Shown here: piece by piece, positions 63,465 to 64,000 of the stretch
Numbering within the stretch: position 1 is the first letter of the stretch
Layout of the letters: each line of letters opens with the position of its first letter
DNA from: Mizuhopecten yessoensis
Lineage: Eukaryota
Length of the DNA stretch: 64,000 bases
Direction: 5' to 3'
Assembly: GCF_002113885.1 (NCBI RefSeq)
Contig: NW_018408917.1
Coordinates: 124,001-188,000, forward strand
The notes under the pieces: generated by a model
The model's database searches: none
Told to the model about the DNA's origin: nothing
The model's input: only the letters and a program-made list of their open reading frames with translations
Program-made: the position numbers and the translations under genes

Positions 63465-63560
63465 AATAATTAATAATAATTCAAGGTTCTTATATACCGC
63501 TTTATCACAACCTAGTTCGTGGGTCGTCTCAAAGCGGTTTACAAATTATTATCCGTGGTT
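63465..63560 (-). mobile_element. 3' fragment of the CORE-type SINE
   Basis: Nearly the reverse complement of 38535-38631. Confidence 0.85.
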
Positions 63561-64000
63561 TTTTCCTGCAACATACAGCTGCTTATTCCTGCATCATACA
63601 GCTGTGTTTTCCTGCATCATACAGCTGCGTTTTCCTGCATCATACAGCTGCTAATTCCTGCATCATACTGCTGTTTTTTCCTGCATCATACATCTGTTTT
63701 TTCCTGCATCATACAACTGTTTTTTCCTGCATCATACAACTGTTTTTTCCTGCATCATACAGCTGTTTGTTCCTGCATCATACAGCCGGATTTTCCTGCA
63801 TCATACAGCTGCTTTTTCCTGCATCATACAGCTGTTTTTATCTGCATCATACAACTCTTTTTTCCTGCATCATACAGCTGTTTTTTACTGCATCATACAG
63901 CTGCTTTTTCCTGCATCATACAGCTGTTTTTTCCTGCATCATACAGCTGTTTTTTCCTGCATCATACAGCTGTTTTTTCCTGCATCATACAGCTTTTTTT
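63560..64000. repeat. 22-bp minisatellite running off the window end
   Basis: Unit TTTTTCCTGCATCATACAGCTG, ~20 copies. Confidence 0.95.

Overview
AT-rich, intron-containing eukaryotic (animal) DNA; the repeat landscape (Meta/CORE/V-type tRNA SINEs, pearl/Helentron-like remnants, a tRNA-LTR mini-retroelement) and a nacrein-like carbonic anhydrase point to a mollusc, probably a bivalve (inference). Five spliced genes were reconstructed by hand from GT-AG sites with consistent reading phase: (-) SLC52 riboflavin transporter (22722-24238); (-) two-domain phosphoethanolamine N-methyltransferase with an intact first and a degenerate second methyltransferase domain (26638-33151, plus possible upstream exons); (-) a short secreted PHM-like copper-monooxygenase fragment gene with a 2.9-kb satellite in intron 1 (38764-44306); (-) a DUF1295 membrane protein (51382-55529); and (+) the first two exons of a secreted alpha-carbonic anhydrase (61811-62900, running off the window). 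The first ~22 kb holds no gene I can support. Most interesting non-genic signals: a complete 382-bp mini LTR element whose LTRs contain a tRNA-like Pol III cassette (56096-56477, relative at 11241-11498), a full-length SINE whose 5' end is a compact pseudoknotted ribozyme-like structure ahead of a decayed tRNA head (2270-2812), 27-34 bp micro-transposons with perfect 7-bp TSDs, and a Harbinger-like MITE with apparent target preference. Most ORF-track entries are spurious. No database searches or folding programs were run; family assignments come from remembered motifs.
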